In this document: one piece after another, positions 48,774-58,341 of the stretch
Position numbering within the stretch: position 1 is the stretch's first letter
How the letters are laid out: the number at the start of each line of letters is the position of its first letter
Source: Bacteriovoracia bacterium
GTDB lineage: Bacteria > Bdellovibrionota > UBA1018 > CAIPTA01
Direction: 5' to 3'
Length of the DNA: 64,000 nucleotides
Assembly: GCA_050246755.1 (NCBI GenBank)
Contig: JBFWVL010000005.1
Coordinates: 96,001 to 160,000 of the forward strand
The notes under the pieces: generated by a model
Database searches by the model: none
Told to the model about the DNA's origin: nothing
The model's input: only the letters and a program-made list of their open reading frames with translations
Translations under genes and position numbers: made by a program

Positions 48774-49586
48774 CTACCTTTCGTTGCCGATGTTAAAAAA
48801 ATCAACTGCATAGCAGTAAAGTTCCTCTTCCTTTGAGGCCTTTATCACCTCTATATTTTCCTTCATGTTCGCGAGAATAAGGTCTTTCACTTTTATAACG
48901 TCGGTTTTTGAGAGGCTAACCACCGCCGAATAGTGAAGTTCCCGAATGTCTTCCTTATCTAATGAGTCGAGGGCGCGCAGCCGCCAGTTTGTATGGTGTT
49001 TGATAATATTTTCCGATTCATTTCCGAGCCGAATTTGTGTTGGCCCAGGAGACAATTTCCCGGCTTCTTCCTTTATCAGTCCAGTCTTTTCCAAAAAATC
49101 TAATACTTCCCGCATTCTTTTTTTGGGCACTCGTAGAACTGAAGAAAGTCTTTCTCGTGATTGCAACTCTGGGATGGTCACTGCAATATGGGCGGCGGCA
49201 TAGTGCCAGGAGCTATAGTAAATCGATTGATCCTCTTTCGTGAGGGCTTTCCCGTGGCCCAAACGTTCTTTTACAGTAAGTCTTTTTTCTAATAATTCTT
49301 GGAGACGTTCAGAAAAATGGGCTTTCAATTCGTTTGTGCCGGCCCGATCTTTTTGCACGAGTGCGAGAAAATAATTTTGTTCCTCTTTAGATAATCCCAA
49401 AAACCTAGCGGCTTTTTCCGCCTGCTCCAGAGAGAAGTCCGCGGAGCTGTGAACGACTTGCGAGATATAGGTGGGCTGACATCCCAGGGCTTTAGCGAGC
49501 GCACTTTTTTGCCCTTTTCGCTGTTTCTTTCCGCCTAAAGTAGCCTGCAAAAAATCCTTATAAGTTTTATATTCAAATACTGTCAT
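48774..49586 (-). CDS. TIGR02147/DUF4423-family HTH protein, copy A
   Basis: VFEY..YK.FL, LAK.L.C...YISQV, YYSSW.Y.A.H, HH.NWR, LHYS.V, EE.Y....DFF. Confidence 0.85.
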   Translation of the reverse strand: MTVFEYKTYKDFLQATLGGKKQRKGQKSALAKALGCQPTYISQVVHSSADFSLEQAEKAARFLGLSKEEQNYFLALVQKDRAGTNELKAHFSERLQELLEKRLTVKERLGHGKALTKEDQSIYYSSWHYAAAHIAVTIPELQSRERLSSVLRVPKKRMREVLDFLEKTGLIKEEAGKLSPGPTQIRLGNESENIIKHHTNWRLRALDSLDKEDIRELHYSAVVSLSKTDVIKVKDLILANMKENIEVIKASKEEELYCYAVDFFNIGNER

Positions 49587-49738
49587 AACTCTTTCTAATC
49601 GAGTGGTTGGCTCTACAACTTAAGTATAGCTGCCTTAATATTGATTGTTTTCAGTAAAATCATCTATCTCCCGCGTCATCCATGAATTAAAACCGTCAAG
49701 AATTAAAGCGCAGCACCCGATAGGTGCAGGAGAAAGCT

Positions 49739-51052
49739 ATGAAATTACTTGGAAAAAGAAATCTGCTTTTAATGATAACCCTGGCTGTTGGCCTAACGTC
49801 TGCCGTGTCCACCTGGGCTAGAGAAGAAGGCGGTGTCTCCGACGGCGGTGGCAGCCAAGACGCCCAAACTGGCCGGATGGTCGATGCCTATTTGGAGCAG
49901 CATCGGTTCGTTGAGGGCATTCGGATAGCCTATAACCACGCTTATGCTGGAAATCCCGGTCCGCCTAATACGCCCGTAGAGGTTTTTCCATATGGCCCTA
50001 AGCGCGGCCTGTATTTTATTTTTATGAACGGCCTTATGCCGGCGGTTGTCGAAGCATTTACTACCCTGAACGATGTGAGTCTGAAAAAACCTTGGTACCT
50101 TGTTCCATTCGATAAAAAGCTTCTTAAAAAGGTAAATGAGCGCACCAGGACCGATTTGATTAATTCCGGATTTTTGCGAAATACGAATCAAGTTGCCATT
50201 CAAACTCCAGGTTACGTTCTAATCGACAAAAATTACTTTGATGCGCAAGTGCGCCGACTAAAGGCCAAAAATGAAAAGGTTCGTGACGAAGCATTCGATA
50301 ATATAGTGACGCTTGTGCTTCACGAAATGGTTCGCGATATGGAACTAAAGTCGCGTCGTGCTCCTGGGGAAACCGATGAGCAAGCAGTTGGTAAAGGGGG
50401 ATACCACAGGTACGGCATGCCTCCCATGACAGAAGAAAATGTCCTCATCATTACGGAGGGACTAAAAAAGACAGCTGCTATGATGGAAGAATATACCGAA
50501 ATGAATCGTAAGGAAAAGCGTGGCACTGGAGATGGAACAGAAGAAGCTCAGGGTGCCGTGGCAACTTTCGTTCAAGACTTACTGGCAAAAAATAATTACG
50601 GATATTATCTCAGCCGTAAAGTTCAGTGGGGCGACTTCAATCAAAAAGCCGAGCTTATTAATCATCGGATTGAAAAAGCTTGCGACGATAAAGACTACGG
50701 CACGATTCTCGATCAGCTTTTAGATTTACAGACTATCGCGCGCAGTGAATTGATTGGCGATAAACTCGGCGCATCGGGTTGGGCCAATTGGCCAAAATTA
50801 AAAGTCGCCGAGCGCGTGGAATATTTTGAGCTTTTAAACTCTTATTTGGCGGTTACGAAGCAAGGCCGCCTCAAAAAGTTTGAAGGACAATTTCAAGAAG
50901 ATGAAAACACGGCAAAGCAAATTTGCCGAGGTATCCGGATGGCCGATTTCGTAAGAAATCCTCTGCCGAAGGATATTGAGGGCGCAAAAAAAGAAGTTGA
51001 AAAGTCTTCCGCTCAAGGCGAAGCGGACAACCTTCTAATCCCTCAAGAATAG
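49739..51052 (+). CDS. secreted hypothetical protein with post-signal GGxxxGGG and LHE motif
   Basis: AGGAG RBS; signal peptide, EGGVSDGGG, VAIQ...LID, LVLHEM. Confidence 0.8.
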   Translation: MKLLGKRNLLLMITLAVGLTSAVSTWAREEGGVSDGGGSQDAQTGRMVDAYLEQHRFVEGIRIAYNHAYAGNPGPPNTPVEVFPYGPKRGLYFIFMNGLMPAVVEAFTTLNDVSLKKPWYLVPFDKKLLKKVNERTRTDLINSGFLRNTNQVAIQTPGYVLIDKNYFDAQVRRLKAKNEKVRDEAFDNIVTLVLHEMVRDMELKSRRAPGETDEQAVGKGGYHRYGMPPMTEENVLIITEGLKKTAAMMEEYTEMNRKEKRGTGDGTEEAQGAVATFVQDLLAKNNYGYYLSRKVQWGDFNQKAELINHRIEKACDDKDYGTILDQLLDLQTIARSELIGDKLGASGWANWPKLKVAERVEYFELLNSYLAVTKQGRLKKFEGQFQEDENTAKQICRGIRMADFVRNPLPKDIEGAKKEVEKSSAQGEADNLLIPQE

Positions 51053-51123
51053 TACCGATAAAAAAGATTTTTTAATTCGCCGGTTCCGGCAACGGTGCGG
51101 CTTTACCCAAAAAAGGAAAAACC

Positions 51124-51654
51124 ATGACACGATACTTATTTTTATTACTCTTGATTGCGGTTGGCGGCTCTGCCGAAGGCGCGAACATTAACAAAGGAAA
51201 TTGGGAGGCGTCCGGATCATTCGACTTTTCTCATAATTTTCAGGCAGACTGGGACTACAATAGTTATTCTAATTATGGAAAAAATTCTTTGAGTCTGGGT
51301 GGTGGCGCGCAGTATTTTTTGAGAGATCATTTTTCCGTGGGACTCGACGCTTCTTTTTTTTCGGCTGGCCGATATACTAATGGTGGCTCGATTGGTCCTG
51401 TGGCTACCTATTATTTCATGACACAAGAACGCATCGCCCCTTACATTCAATTGTCTCCGTTGCGAGTTTGGAAAATGGAGGGAACCACTAACCAGAATAT
51501 CTCGTTAGCTAGAGTCGGGACGAAATTCTTTTTTTATGATTCAGTCGCATTTGGACCTGCCCTTCAGTACCAGCATACTTGGCCACGAACCAACTATTCG
51601 AGTACCGGTAAGGACATGTTGAGTATCTTGGGATTATTCTCTATTCATCTCTAA
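51124..51654 (+). CDS. small outer-membrane beta-barrel protein
   Basis: signal peptide, about 8 amphipathic strands (GAQYF, GPVATYYF, GTKFFF, LGLFSIHL). Confidence 0.8.
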   Translation: MTRYLFLLLLIAVGGSAEGANINKGNWEASGSFDFSHNFQADWDYNSYSNYGKNSLSLGGGAQYFLRDHFSVGLDASFFSAGRYTNGGSIGPVATYYFMTQERIAPYIQLSPLRVWKMEGTTNQNISLARVGTKFFFYDSVAFGPALQYQHTWPRTNYSSTGKDMLSILGLFSIHL

Positions 51655-51666
51655 AAAATGAACGGA

Positions 51667-51689
51667 TGCCTGGCGGGACTCGCCAGGCA
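51667..51689. terminator. GC-rich hairpin between convergent ORFs
   Basis: TGCCTGGCG-GGACT-CGCCAGGCA, 9-bp perfect stem. Confidence 0.6.
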
Positions 51690-51691
51690 AA

Positions 51692-51976
51692 TTAGGTTGG
51701 CATTAGGTGACTTATGCTTTTGACCCATTCGGTTAAGGATTGTGCCGCTGTAGAATTTTCTGGCTCATGAGCTACAGCCTTCCTTTTGGGATATAGGTAT
51801 TCGCAGGCAGCCATTGCGGCACGAGCGCGAAGCTCTGGAGAAATAGAGTCTCGGGGGATATTGAGCGCTTCTGCATCCCCGTTAGCGAACAGTAAGAGAA
51901 TCGAAAACGGATCAATTCCCAACGCCGAGGCCAGTTCCGCCTGACATTCAGTTTTTTTATTCGGGGTGACCAGCCT
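51692..51976 (-). pseudogene. phage terminase small subunit-like relic
   Basis: frame extends upstream as TPNKKT...ELASALGIDP, then LR..AA....EYLYPKRKAV; no start codon before the upstream TGA; no large subunit nearby. Confidence 0.55.
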
Positions 51977-52335
51977 TTTGCAGATGGTGCAGTACGGAAA
52001 GGATGAATTTGGGCGTGCCCAAATAGCTTTACTTCATTTGTACGCCAGCGGTCGCCGGATGGGGCGGAATGACTACTTCCCAGCGCGAAACTTAAAAGGT
52101 TCCAGGGATGCCACTCTCCTCTGAGGGCAATATCTGTAGTGGGCTGAGTACGATAGGTGGAATCGAATTCGGTTATACCTAAGCCAGCTCCTAAGGAGAA
52201 TCTCGAGTTTTCAGTTAAGTCGTCGGCAAGGGCAGATTGAGTTAGAAAAAGTGAAATTAGTAGTAACTTGGCTAATTTTGCAAAAGAACCCCCTGAGTCT
52301 TAGTTGAATCATTACGGCTAACGAAAGTTTTGAAT

Positions 52336-53775
52336 TTAGAGCTGCGGCATGCGGAGGCCGTCAGGATCCACCGACATATTTTCAGTTCTGGTTGCCTTGT
52401 AGGCGATCAAGTCGTCGAGCCAGTAGTGCCATTCCGTAAAACGGCCGTCAGGCGACTCGCGCGTGAAAAGGTCTTCGAAAGAAACGATTGGGTAGGCAAG
52501 AGGCGATTTCTGCCTACGGCGTTGCTCTAGCTGCTCTTCAGTACCTACTGCCTCGGCTTTCAGCTTGATCTCTTGAAAGATAGGACCATTTATTAGGTTC
52601 AGCCAAGCATCGATCTGCTGGGTTGGGATATACCCGAGCTGAACTAAGCGATCCCTGAGATGGTTTGAGCTCAGTTTTTTACTTAGTTGCGAAATGGTGA
52701 ATCTTGCCCGCTCAGCAATAATCGCATTGAGTTCTCCGCGCAGTGCTTCGCGCTTCTCGGATGGCGGTAAGAGATCAACATAAGCTATGGCTTTATTCGC
52801 GTTGAATCGGCGCGTTTCGCGATTCTCCACACCATTTTCTCGCATGAGGGCGAGCACCTCAGCAGAGACTTCCCCTTCGGTGCGAGAACTAGGAGCAGCG
52901 CGGAAGCCATCGTCCATCCAGATCGGGGTTAGTTCTCGATCATAGGGATGAAGAATATAGGCCAATTCGGAAACCAGATGCAGTTGAGCGTAGGGATGCA
53001 GCTTCTGGATGGCGGGTGTGGAATCAACGAAGCCGATATCTTTCAATCTCTCAAGCACATCTACAATTCGCACATCGGGGGCGTTTTGCATCATCCAGCC
53101 CACTGCCAGGCGAGTGCGGCTACTATCGGTTTGGCCTAACTTCCGGCCCATGGCGTAGAGAAACTCATGGATAAAGAGGGCTGCCTTACTTTGCTCCGAA
53201 TGCTTGGGGTGGAAGAAAAGGCGGTCATCAATGAATAGGCGAAGATCAAAGCCCTCGCCCTCTTGCACGGCTAGCGGCACGAGAGTGCAATTCCCACCAA
53301 ATCGTATGGGAGTGCCTTCGTCGCCGAGGTGCACTAGGCTTGTGCCAGTCCATTCTATGTTTCGGCCGATGATATGGGTGAAGATGCTTTGGTAAGTATA
53401 AAGATAGTTACCGATCCCGCCTTCCAACGATGAGGAATGTGAGCCGATGGTATTATAGGCACGATCGGTGATGCGTTTTACGAAGCTCGTGTATTTCTCG
53501 CCTGGCATTGGCTCGGCAAGCGGAAGATTCGGAGTGCCTTCCATTCCGCGCGGGCGCTTCCATTCAAAGAGATCGAGCATCTCGATCGATTCGATATCAT
53601 TGAGCTCTTCAGCCATTACCATTCCGCTTCGCGCCTTTACGCGCGCAACGATATTTGGATCATTAAAGCAAACCACAGCCGAGCCGCCTCCACTGCTCCA
53701 AGAGCCAGCGAATGCGGAACCAGCAGTGGCGAACAGTATAAGTGAAAGTAGCAGGATGGATTTCTTAAGCTTCAT
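52336..53775 (-). CDS. secreted hypothetical protein with post-signal GxxxxGGG and IHE motif
   Basis: signal peptide, AGSWSSGGG.AVVC, LAVQ...FID..LF, AALFIHEF. Confidence 0.82.
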   Translation of the reverse strand: MKLKKSILLLSLILFATAGSAFAGSWSSGGGSAVVCFNDPNIVARVKARSGMVMAEELNDIESIEMLDLFEWKRPRGMEGTPNLPLAEPMPGEKYTSFVKRITDRAYNTIGSHSSSLEGGIGNYLYTYQSIFTHIIGRNIEWTGTSLVHLGDEGTPIRFGGNCTLVPLAVQEGEGFDLRLFIDDRLFFHPKHSEQSKAALFIHEFLYAMGRKLGQTDSSRTRLAVGWMMQNAPDVRIVDVLERLKDIGFVDSTPAIQKLHPYAQLHLVSELAYILHPYDRELTPIWMDDGFRAAPSSRTEGEVSAEVLALMRENGVENRETRRFNANKAIAYVDLLPPSEKREALRGELNAIIAERARFTISQLSKKLSSNHLRDRLVQLGYIPTQQIDAWLNLINGPIFQEIKLKAEAVGTEEQLEQRRRQKSPLAYPIVSFEDLFTRESPDGRFTEWHYWLDDLIAYKATRTENMSVDPDGLRMPQL

Positions 53776-53912
53776 TTCGAACCCCTTCTATAGCTCATTC
53801 GACGCGCCACAACAATGGCCGACTTCGAGAGCCAACCTAACGAATAGGGGAGATGGAGTAAATTAAAAAGAAATCATTTTACATGCTGGAGTTTCTTTTT
53901 TAGAAACACCTA

Positions 53913-54737
53913 ATGAATATTTTCTCCCATGAATCCTATGTATCGCTCATTGAAGCTGCCGTGGAGGCGCGCAAAAAAACGGAACCGAGCTTTAGCTTTC
54001 AGAGACTGGCCACCATAGCCAATATCCAAAAATCTTATTTATCCAAGGTACTTCATGGCCGCGCTCATCTTAATTCGGATCAATTATATTCGATCGCGGA
54101 TTACCTCGGCTGGAAAGTGGAAGAGCAGTCGTTCGCCAATCTTCTGCTTGAACACAGTAGAAGCGGGCTAGCCACGCGCCGGAAGAAAATCGGCGAACAA
54201 ATTGCGGCCATCCGTGAGGCTAAACTGCAAACTAGTCATCATATCGAGGCCGGGGCCGTGAGTCTCTCCGCGGATGCCACGATGGAACTTTACCTACGGC
54301 CCTGGCTTCAGCTGGTGCACGTGGCCTTGGCGATTCCCCGGCTCCGTGCCTCATTGCCCAAGCTCGGCGAGTGTTTTGGACTAGAGCTCGAGGCAGTTAC
54401 CCAAGCGGTGGAACGGCTCACGCAGATAGGCATGGCAGAGTGGAAGGATAAAAAGATCGTACAAAAAAATCCCCACCTGCACTTGGGCAAAGACTCTCCC
54501 TACTATCAGGCATGGAGAAACCAGATGCGTATGATCTGCTTACAGCGCTTGCACTCTCACGAACAAGACGACGACTATAGCTTTAGTGTTACGTTTACCG
54601 CTGATCCCACAACGAGAAACTGGCTTCAGCAAGAGTTTCTGGCATTACTTTCGCGGGCGGAAACGCGCGTGAAAAATGCTGCGGATCAAGAAGTTTATCA
54701 GATGAACTTCGATCTCTTCCGCTGGACGAAAAAATAA
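53913..54737 (+). CDS. TIGR02147/DUF4423-family HTH protein, copy B
   Basis: IFSH.SY, LA..A.IQKSYLSKV, Y..PW..LVH, W......, SFSVTF, VYQMNFDLF. Confidence 0.85.
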   Translation: MNIFSHESYVSLIEAAVEARKKTEPSFSFQRLATIANIQKSYLSKVLHGRAHLNSDQLYSIADYLGWKVEEQSFANLLLEHSRSGLATRRKKIGEQIAAIREAKLQTSHHIEAGAVSLSADATMELYLRPWLQLVHVALAIPRLRASLPKLGECFGLELEAVTQAVERLTQIGMAEWKDKKIVQKNPHLHLGKDSPYYQAWRNQMRMICLQRLHSHEQDDDYSFSVTFTADPTTRNWLQQEFLALLSRAETRVKNAADQEVYQMNFDLFRWTKK

Positions 54738-54746
54738 TATTTCAGA

Positions 54747-54974
54747 TTATCTGCGCTTGATCTTCTTCGAGCCACAAACCGAGCAATACCAACCGCAAAA
54801 TTTGATTGCTGAACCAATCCAGACGAATAGCCACAGACCGAACGAAACTAGGGTTAAGAGGAAATGGAGAACGTGATTGGTGCGCGCTTGCAGAATTCGA
54901 TATATTGTTTCCGAAGGGCAGGACGTAATGGATGCAGACAAGGAGATCGTGCAAAACGCACTCATTGAGCACAT
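54747..54974 (-). CDS. small membrane Zn-ribbon protein, possibly degraded
   Basis: TNHVLHFLLTL...GLW..VW...W.CSVCG; the expected N-terminal CxxC is not evident. Confidence 0.5.
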   Translation of the reverse strand: MCSMSAFCTISLSASITSCPSETIYRILQARTNHVLHFLLTLVSFGLWLFVWIGSAIKFCGWYCSVCGSKKIKRR

Positions 54975-55054
54975 GGTTAAATTCGAGCGTGTTTTGAAGT
55001 CTCGCATTAAGGATTTGGAATTCGACTCTACCGATGCAGCTTAGCTAAAAAAGG

Positions 55055-56071
55055 TCAACTCAGGCTTTGGCTGGCTGCGATTGAATCGGTGATTACTTGT
55101 GAAAATCTCCCAAGAACATCCTCGTCAAACATCGAAGCTTTTCTTTTCAGTAGGCTTCTTTCCGGTCTGCTGATGTCGAGATGAGCTCTTAGAAATTCAT
55201 GCGCCTTACATGGAATGATTTCTTGGAGGACTGGGTATTGCTGTTTGATTAGCGCAATCTGCTCCTCGCCAAGCCCGAATCCTGTTCCCACCACAAACTG
55301 CCCATGCCCGGAATTAAAATCGTAGCCAAGCACATTCATATTTGCCTCGTGGTAGGCCACACCCAAAAAAACGATCGTATTCGAAGCTTTTAGAATTTCG
55401 CCCAGCTCTTTTCGGGGCTCAATATCATCTCCGATGAAGTCAAAGTTTGACGCACGAAAGAGGTTTTCGAAGACCTCATCATCCCTCATGGTTTGCTCAA
55501 TCCTGATCTCCAGCGAGCCGTCATTGGGGAATTCGTAATGAAACTCCCCACTGTACATATTTTCAGTTCCGTAATTGTGATAGCGCCGTGGATTGCGTTG
55601 CCGATTTAGGTCCTCGTGTCCGAGTGGGGCTAGGCGTCCATGAACGTGGATAATTTGTGCCCTGATCTTGTTCCGCTGATCTGTTTCGATTGAATTTAGG
55701 CGGTGAACCAAATAGGGAAGGCTACGGTCGTAGTTGTAGGTAATGATATTTACTTGATCGCCCTTTGATTCTGCTTTGGCGACCTGCCGTAAAAGAAGCT
55801 TATAGGTGTTGTCGTCGTTTCTAACTAGCTTTTGTACGTCTTCGCGGTCCCGAAGTATTTTCGCAACGATTCTACGGATTCTGTCTGCGTGCTTACTATA
55901 TCTCTTGGCGACTTCATCGACGGTCAGCGCGTAGCTGATCTGTAGGATTTCTTTTAGTTCCTTTTCCCGATCTTCGAGCTCATTCACGATCAGATTGCGA
56001 AGTTCCGTGCCGTCCGGGAAGCCGTATTCTTTGCCGAGTCCGGCTCCTAAAATAAAAGTTGTGGTCGCCAT
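55055..56071 (-). CDS. SIR2-like NADase-family protein, candidate anti-phage effector
   Basis: FILGAG......FP, ITYNYD, HVHG.L, IVFLG.AY. Confidence 0.8.
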   Translation of the reverse strand: MATTTFILGAGLGKEYGFPDGTELRNLIVNELEDREKELKEILQISYALTVDEVAKRYSKHADRIRRIVAKILRDREDVQKLVRNDDNTYKLLLRQVAKAESKGDQVNIITYNYDRSLPYLVHRLNSIETDQRNKIRAQIIHVHGRLAPLGHEDLNRQRNPRRYHNYGTENMYSGEFHYEFPNDGSLEIRIEQTMRDDEVFENLFRASNFDFIGDDIEPRKELGEILKASNTIVFLGVAYHEANMNVLGYDFNSGHGQFVVGTGFGLGEEQIALIKQQYPVLQEIIPCKAHEFLRAHLDISRPERSLLKRKASMFDEDVLGRFSQVITDSIAASQSLS

Positions 56072-56087
56072 GTTAGAGTCTCGTTTA

Positions 56088-56180
56088 ACTTTTTAACCTT
56101 TGAAGAAAATTTTTCTCTTCTACAAAAACAAAAACCCCCGAATTATCGGAGGTTTGTAGAAATCTCAAAGGTTAAAAAGT
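56088..56180. repeat. perfect 16-bp inverted repeat enclosing a terminator hairpin
   Basis: ACTTTTTAACCTTTGA at 56088-56103 and its reverse complement at 56165-56180. Confidence 0.85.
56124..56154 (-). terminator. intrinsic terminator downstream of the tRNA 3' fragment and integrase
   Basis: minus strand AAACCTCCGA-TAAT-TCGGGGGTTT followed by TTGTTTTT. Confidence 0.65.
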
Positions 56181-56194
56181 GGTTGCGGGGGCCG
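56180..56194 (-). other. att core equal to the 3' end of initiator tRNA-Met
   Basis: minus strand CGGCCCCCGCAACCA matches the canonical tRNA-fMet 3' end including CCA; about 85 bp beyond the integrase stop; the rest of the tRNA is absent. Confidence 0.8.
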
Positions 56195-56279
56195 ACCCTC
56201 AGTAACTTCAAGGGGTTAAATACCCTAGAAGCCACCGGAAGCCAATCTCCCGCATCTTCAGTTAAAAAGACTGCCTTAG

Positions 56280-57545
56280 TCATACTTGCTGAAGTTTCCT
56301 TGTGGCAAGAGGTTCTACGCTCTTCATTTCCTGCTCCGTTGGCCGGTAATGTTCGCCCACGGCCTGCATCATCGTTCGATTCGGACTGATCTGAGCCTCG
56401 GGGCTCGAAAAATCCAGGGCATCGGTCACGCCTTTGACGTTGATGCCTGAGAGCCGAACGTAATGGGTCATAGACTTCATATCCGCCCAACCGCCGACGG
56501 CCTGAACCTTAATTTGCGGCACGCCGCGCCTTAAGAGTTCCGTCGCGAAGCAGGCCCGAAGAGAGTGAAAGCAGATCGTCGAAATGCCGATCTCTTTGCA
56601 AAACTCCCTCAGCACCTTGGCCTGATAGCCATTTTGCCAAGTCCCAGGACGCGGAAGCACAAACTCAGACTGTGCCTTACTCGTCCTTGTGACCTCGTGG
56701 ATGTGCCAGCGCTTTAGCTCCTGAATCACTTCAAGAAGCGGCTGACAAATCGGAATCTCTCTCGATTCCCCAGTCTTCGTCTCTTTGTATTCTCTCGTCC
56801 GTTTGTTGTAGGACTGCTGAACACGAATCAACGGACTGTTTTCATCCATATCGAGGTCCGACCACTTCAGCGCGTAGAGTTCGCCGTTTCTCAAGCCCGT
56901 ATAAACCGCAAAAGACCAAATAAAGTACCACTGCGGCTCATACATTTTGGCGTAGACGAGGAGCTTTTTGATCTCCTCGCGGCTCAAGATTTCATCGCGC
57001 TTTCGTCGTCTCGACTTGATCGAGATGCCGGTCGTCGGGTTTCTCGAAATGCCTTTGATCTCGTGCAAGAGCGCAAGATCGAAGACCTTCCGTAAGTCGC
57101 CCAAGAAGCGAACGACCGTGGACCCAGCGAGCCCATCGGCTTCGAGCTTGTGAAGTAGCCTCGTCACGTTGACGGGAGCTATTTCCGAAGCTCTTAAGTC
57201 CAACCACTCCGTAGTGAAGCGATTGAGGCTTGAGAGCGAATCCTTAAAGCAGGGTTCGCGCTGCGACCAAGTGCCGTTTTTTAGACCCTTGAAACCTTCA
57301 GTTTCGTAAAATTCTAGTAACCGCCGCCAAGACATTCCTAACGATTCAGTCTCATAAACCAGCCTGTCGGCTTCGCGCTGAAGCCTTGCTTCTTCGCGAA
57401 CCGCTTTCTCCTCAGTCATCTTTTCGTCGATGACATCGTAGCGCTGTTTTTTCTGTTTCCGGACCGTTGGATCAATCTTGCTTCTTACATTGACCGTAAT
57501 CATACATTTCTTACGGCCTTCTTCTTCGTACCAAGTTATCGCCAT
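56280..57545 (-). CDS. tyrosine recombinase / integrase
   Basis: TGLRNGEL, TKTG, HSLRA, GGW, HY catalytic set; GGAG RBS. Confidence 0.95.
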   Translation of the reverse strand: MAITWYEEEGRKKCMITVNVRSKIDPTVRKQKKQRYDVIDEKMTEEKAVREEARLQREADRLVYETESLGMSWRRLLEFYETEGFKGLKNGTWSQREPCFKDSLSSLNRFTTEWLDLRASEIAPVNVTRLLHKLEADGLAGSTVVRFLGDLRKVFDLALLHEIKGISRNPTTGISIKSRRRKRDEILSREEIKKLLVYAKMYEPQWYFIWSFAVYTGLRNGELYALKWSDLDMDENSPLIRVQQSYNKRTREYKETKTGESREIPICQPLLEVIQELKRWHIHEVTRTSKAQSEFVLPRPGTWQNGYQAKVLREFCKEIGISTICFHSLRACFATELLRRGVPQIKVQAVGGWADMKSMTHYVRLSGINVKGVTDALDFSSPEAQISPNRTMMQAVGEHYRPTEQEMKSVEPLATRKLQQV

Positions 57546-57548
57546 GTT

Positions 57549-57782
57549 CTATCTCCCTTCGTTGGAGACGCCCACTAGGCGATCAAGGTCCTTTTTCAGA
57601 AACCGATTGAGCTTGCCGAATTTTTTCGGGAAAACTTCTCCGCGATAAATTCGGTTCTTCAAGCTGCCAATCGAAATCCTTAAGTAAGCAGCGGCTTCCT
57701 TTGTAGACAGCCATATTAACTTGTCAAAGAACTCAGGCGTTTGTCCGCAATTTGGACAAACAATTCCTATCGAATTGACCAT
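57549..57782 (-). CDS. excisionase-like HTH protein
   Basis: WLSTKEAAAYL.IS...L......G......FG...RF...DL; N-terminal CPNC; 3 bp from the integrase start. Confidence 0.85.
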   Translation of the reverse strand: MVNSIGIVCPNCGQTPEFFDKLIWLSTKEAAAYLRISIGSLKNRIYRGEVFPKKFGKLNRFLKKDLDRLVGVSNEGR

Positions 57783-57841
57783 AGCAAACTCCTCTGAAAA
57801 TTCAATTCAAAACGATTTTTTTGCGCTGAATTTTTCATGCG

Positions 57842-58240
57842 TTACGCTTCGATTTTTCGCTCGGATACTGCTGCATTTTCGTCTTTGTTTTTTGCAGCAT
57901 CGGCGCGCAAAATTTGCGGCACTGCTTGTGCGGAAATGACGCCAAGAAATTCGTCCATCGTGATCGTGCCGAACTTCGCGCAGTATGCTTTGAAGTTCTG
58001 CTCCAGGCGGTCACGGCCCGAGAGACTTGCTTCCTGAAGCTCCAGCACGTCTTTGGCCGTGAGTTTCGGAAGAAGTACACCAAGGAGCGCGTCTATCTTG
58101 ACGCGTTTGCCTTGGGCCTTCTTGTTGATCTTGGCGAGTTCCGCGAGCAGTCGCTTTCGCGTATCGTTTGAAACGCGAATTGCGGAAGAAGACGATTTCT
58201 TGGCCTGCTTCGCAGGCTTTTGTGCATTGGTGGATTCCAT
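57842..58240 (-). CDS. small DNA-binding protein (RHH-like)
   Basis: AIRVS..TR..L..L...ID.LL..LL pattern; GGAG RBS. Confidence 0.55.
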   Translation of the reverse strand: MESTNAQKPAKQAKKSSSSAIRVSNDTRKRLLAELAKINKKAQGKRVKIDALLGVLLPKLTAKDVLELQEASLSGRDRLEQNFKAYCAKFGTITMDEFLGVISAQAVPQILRADAAKNKDENAAVSERKIEA

Positions 58241-58341
58241 AAACGGATTACTCCAGTTCGTGAAACCCCCGCCGCCGTTTGTGGTAGGTCGAGGATTGAA
58301 TTTTGTGCGCCTCGCGCTTGTGCCGCGTGGGCGAAAACTAA

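Noticed and set aside
51692-51976. Intact prophage
   Set aside because: Only one degraded terminase-like fragment; no structural or replication genes
53865-53900. AAAAAGAAA...TTTCTTTTT inverted repeat as a TIGR02147 operator
   Set aside because: Low complexity, and not clearly present in the other cassette's spacer (only a weak ATnATTTTAC similarity)
56180-56260. Complete tRNA-Met gene
   Set aside because: Only the last 15 nt match; no T-loop (GGTTCAAAT) or anticodon arm follows
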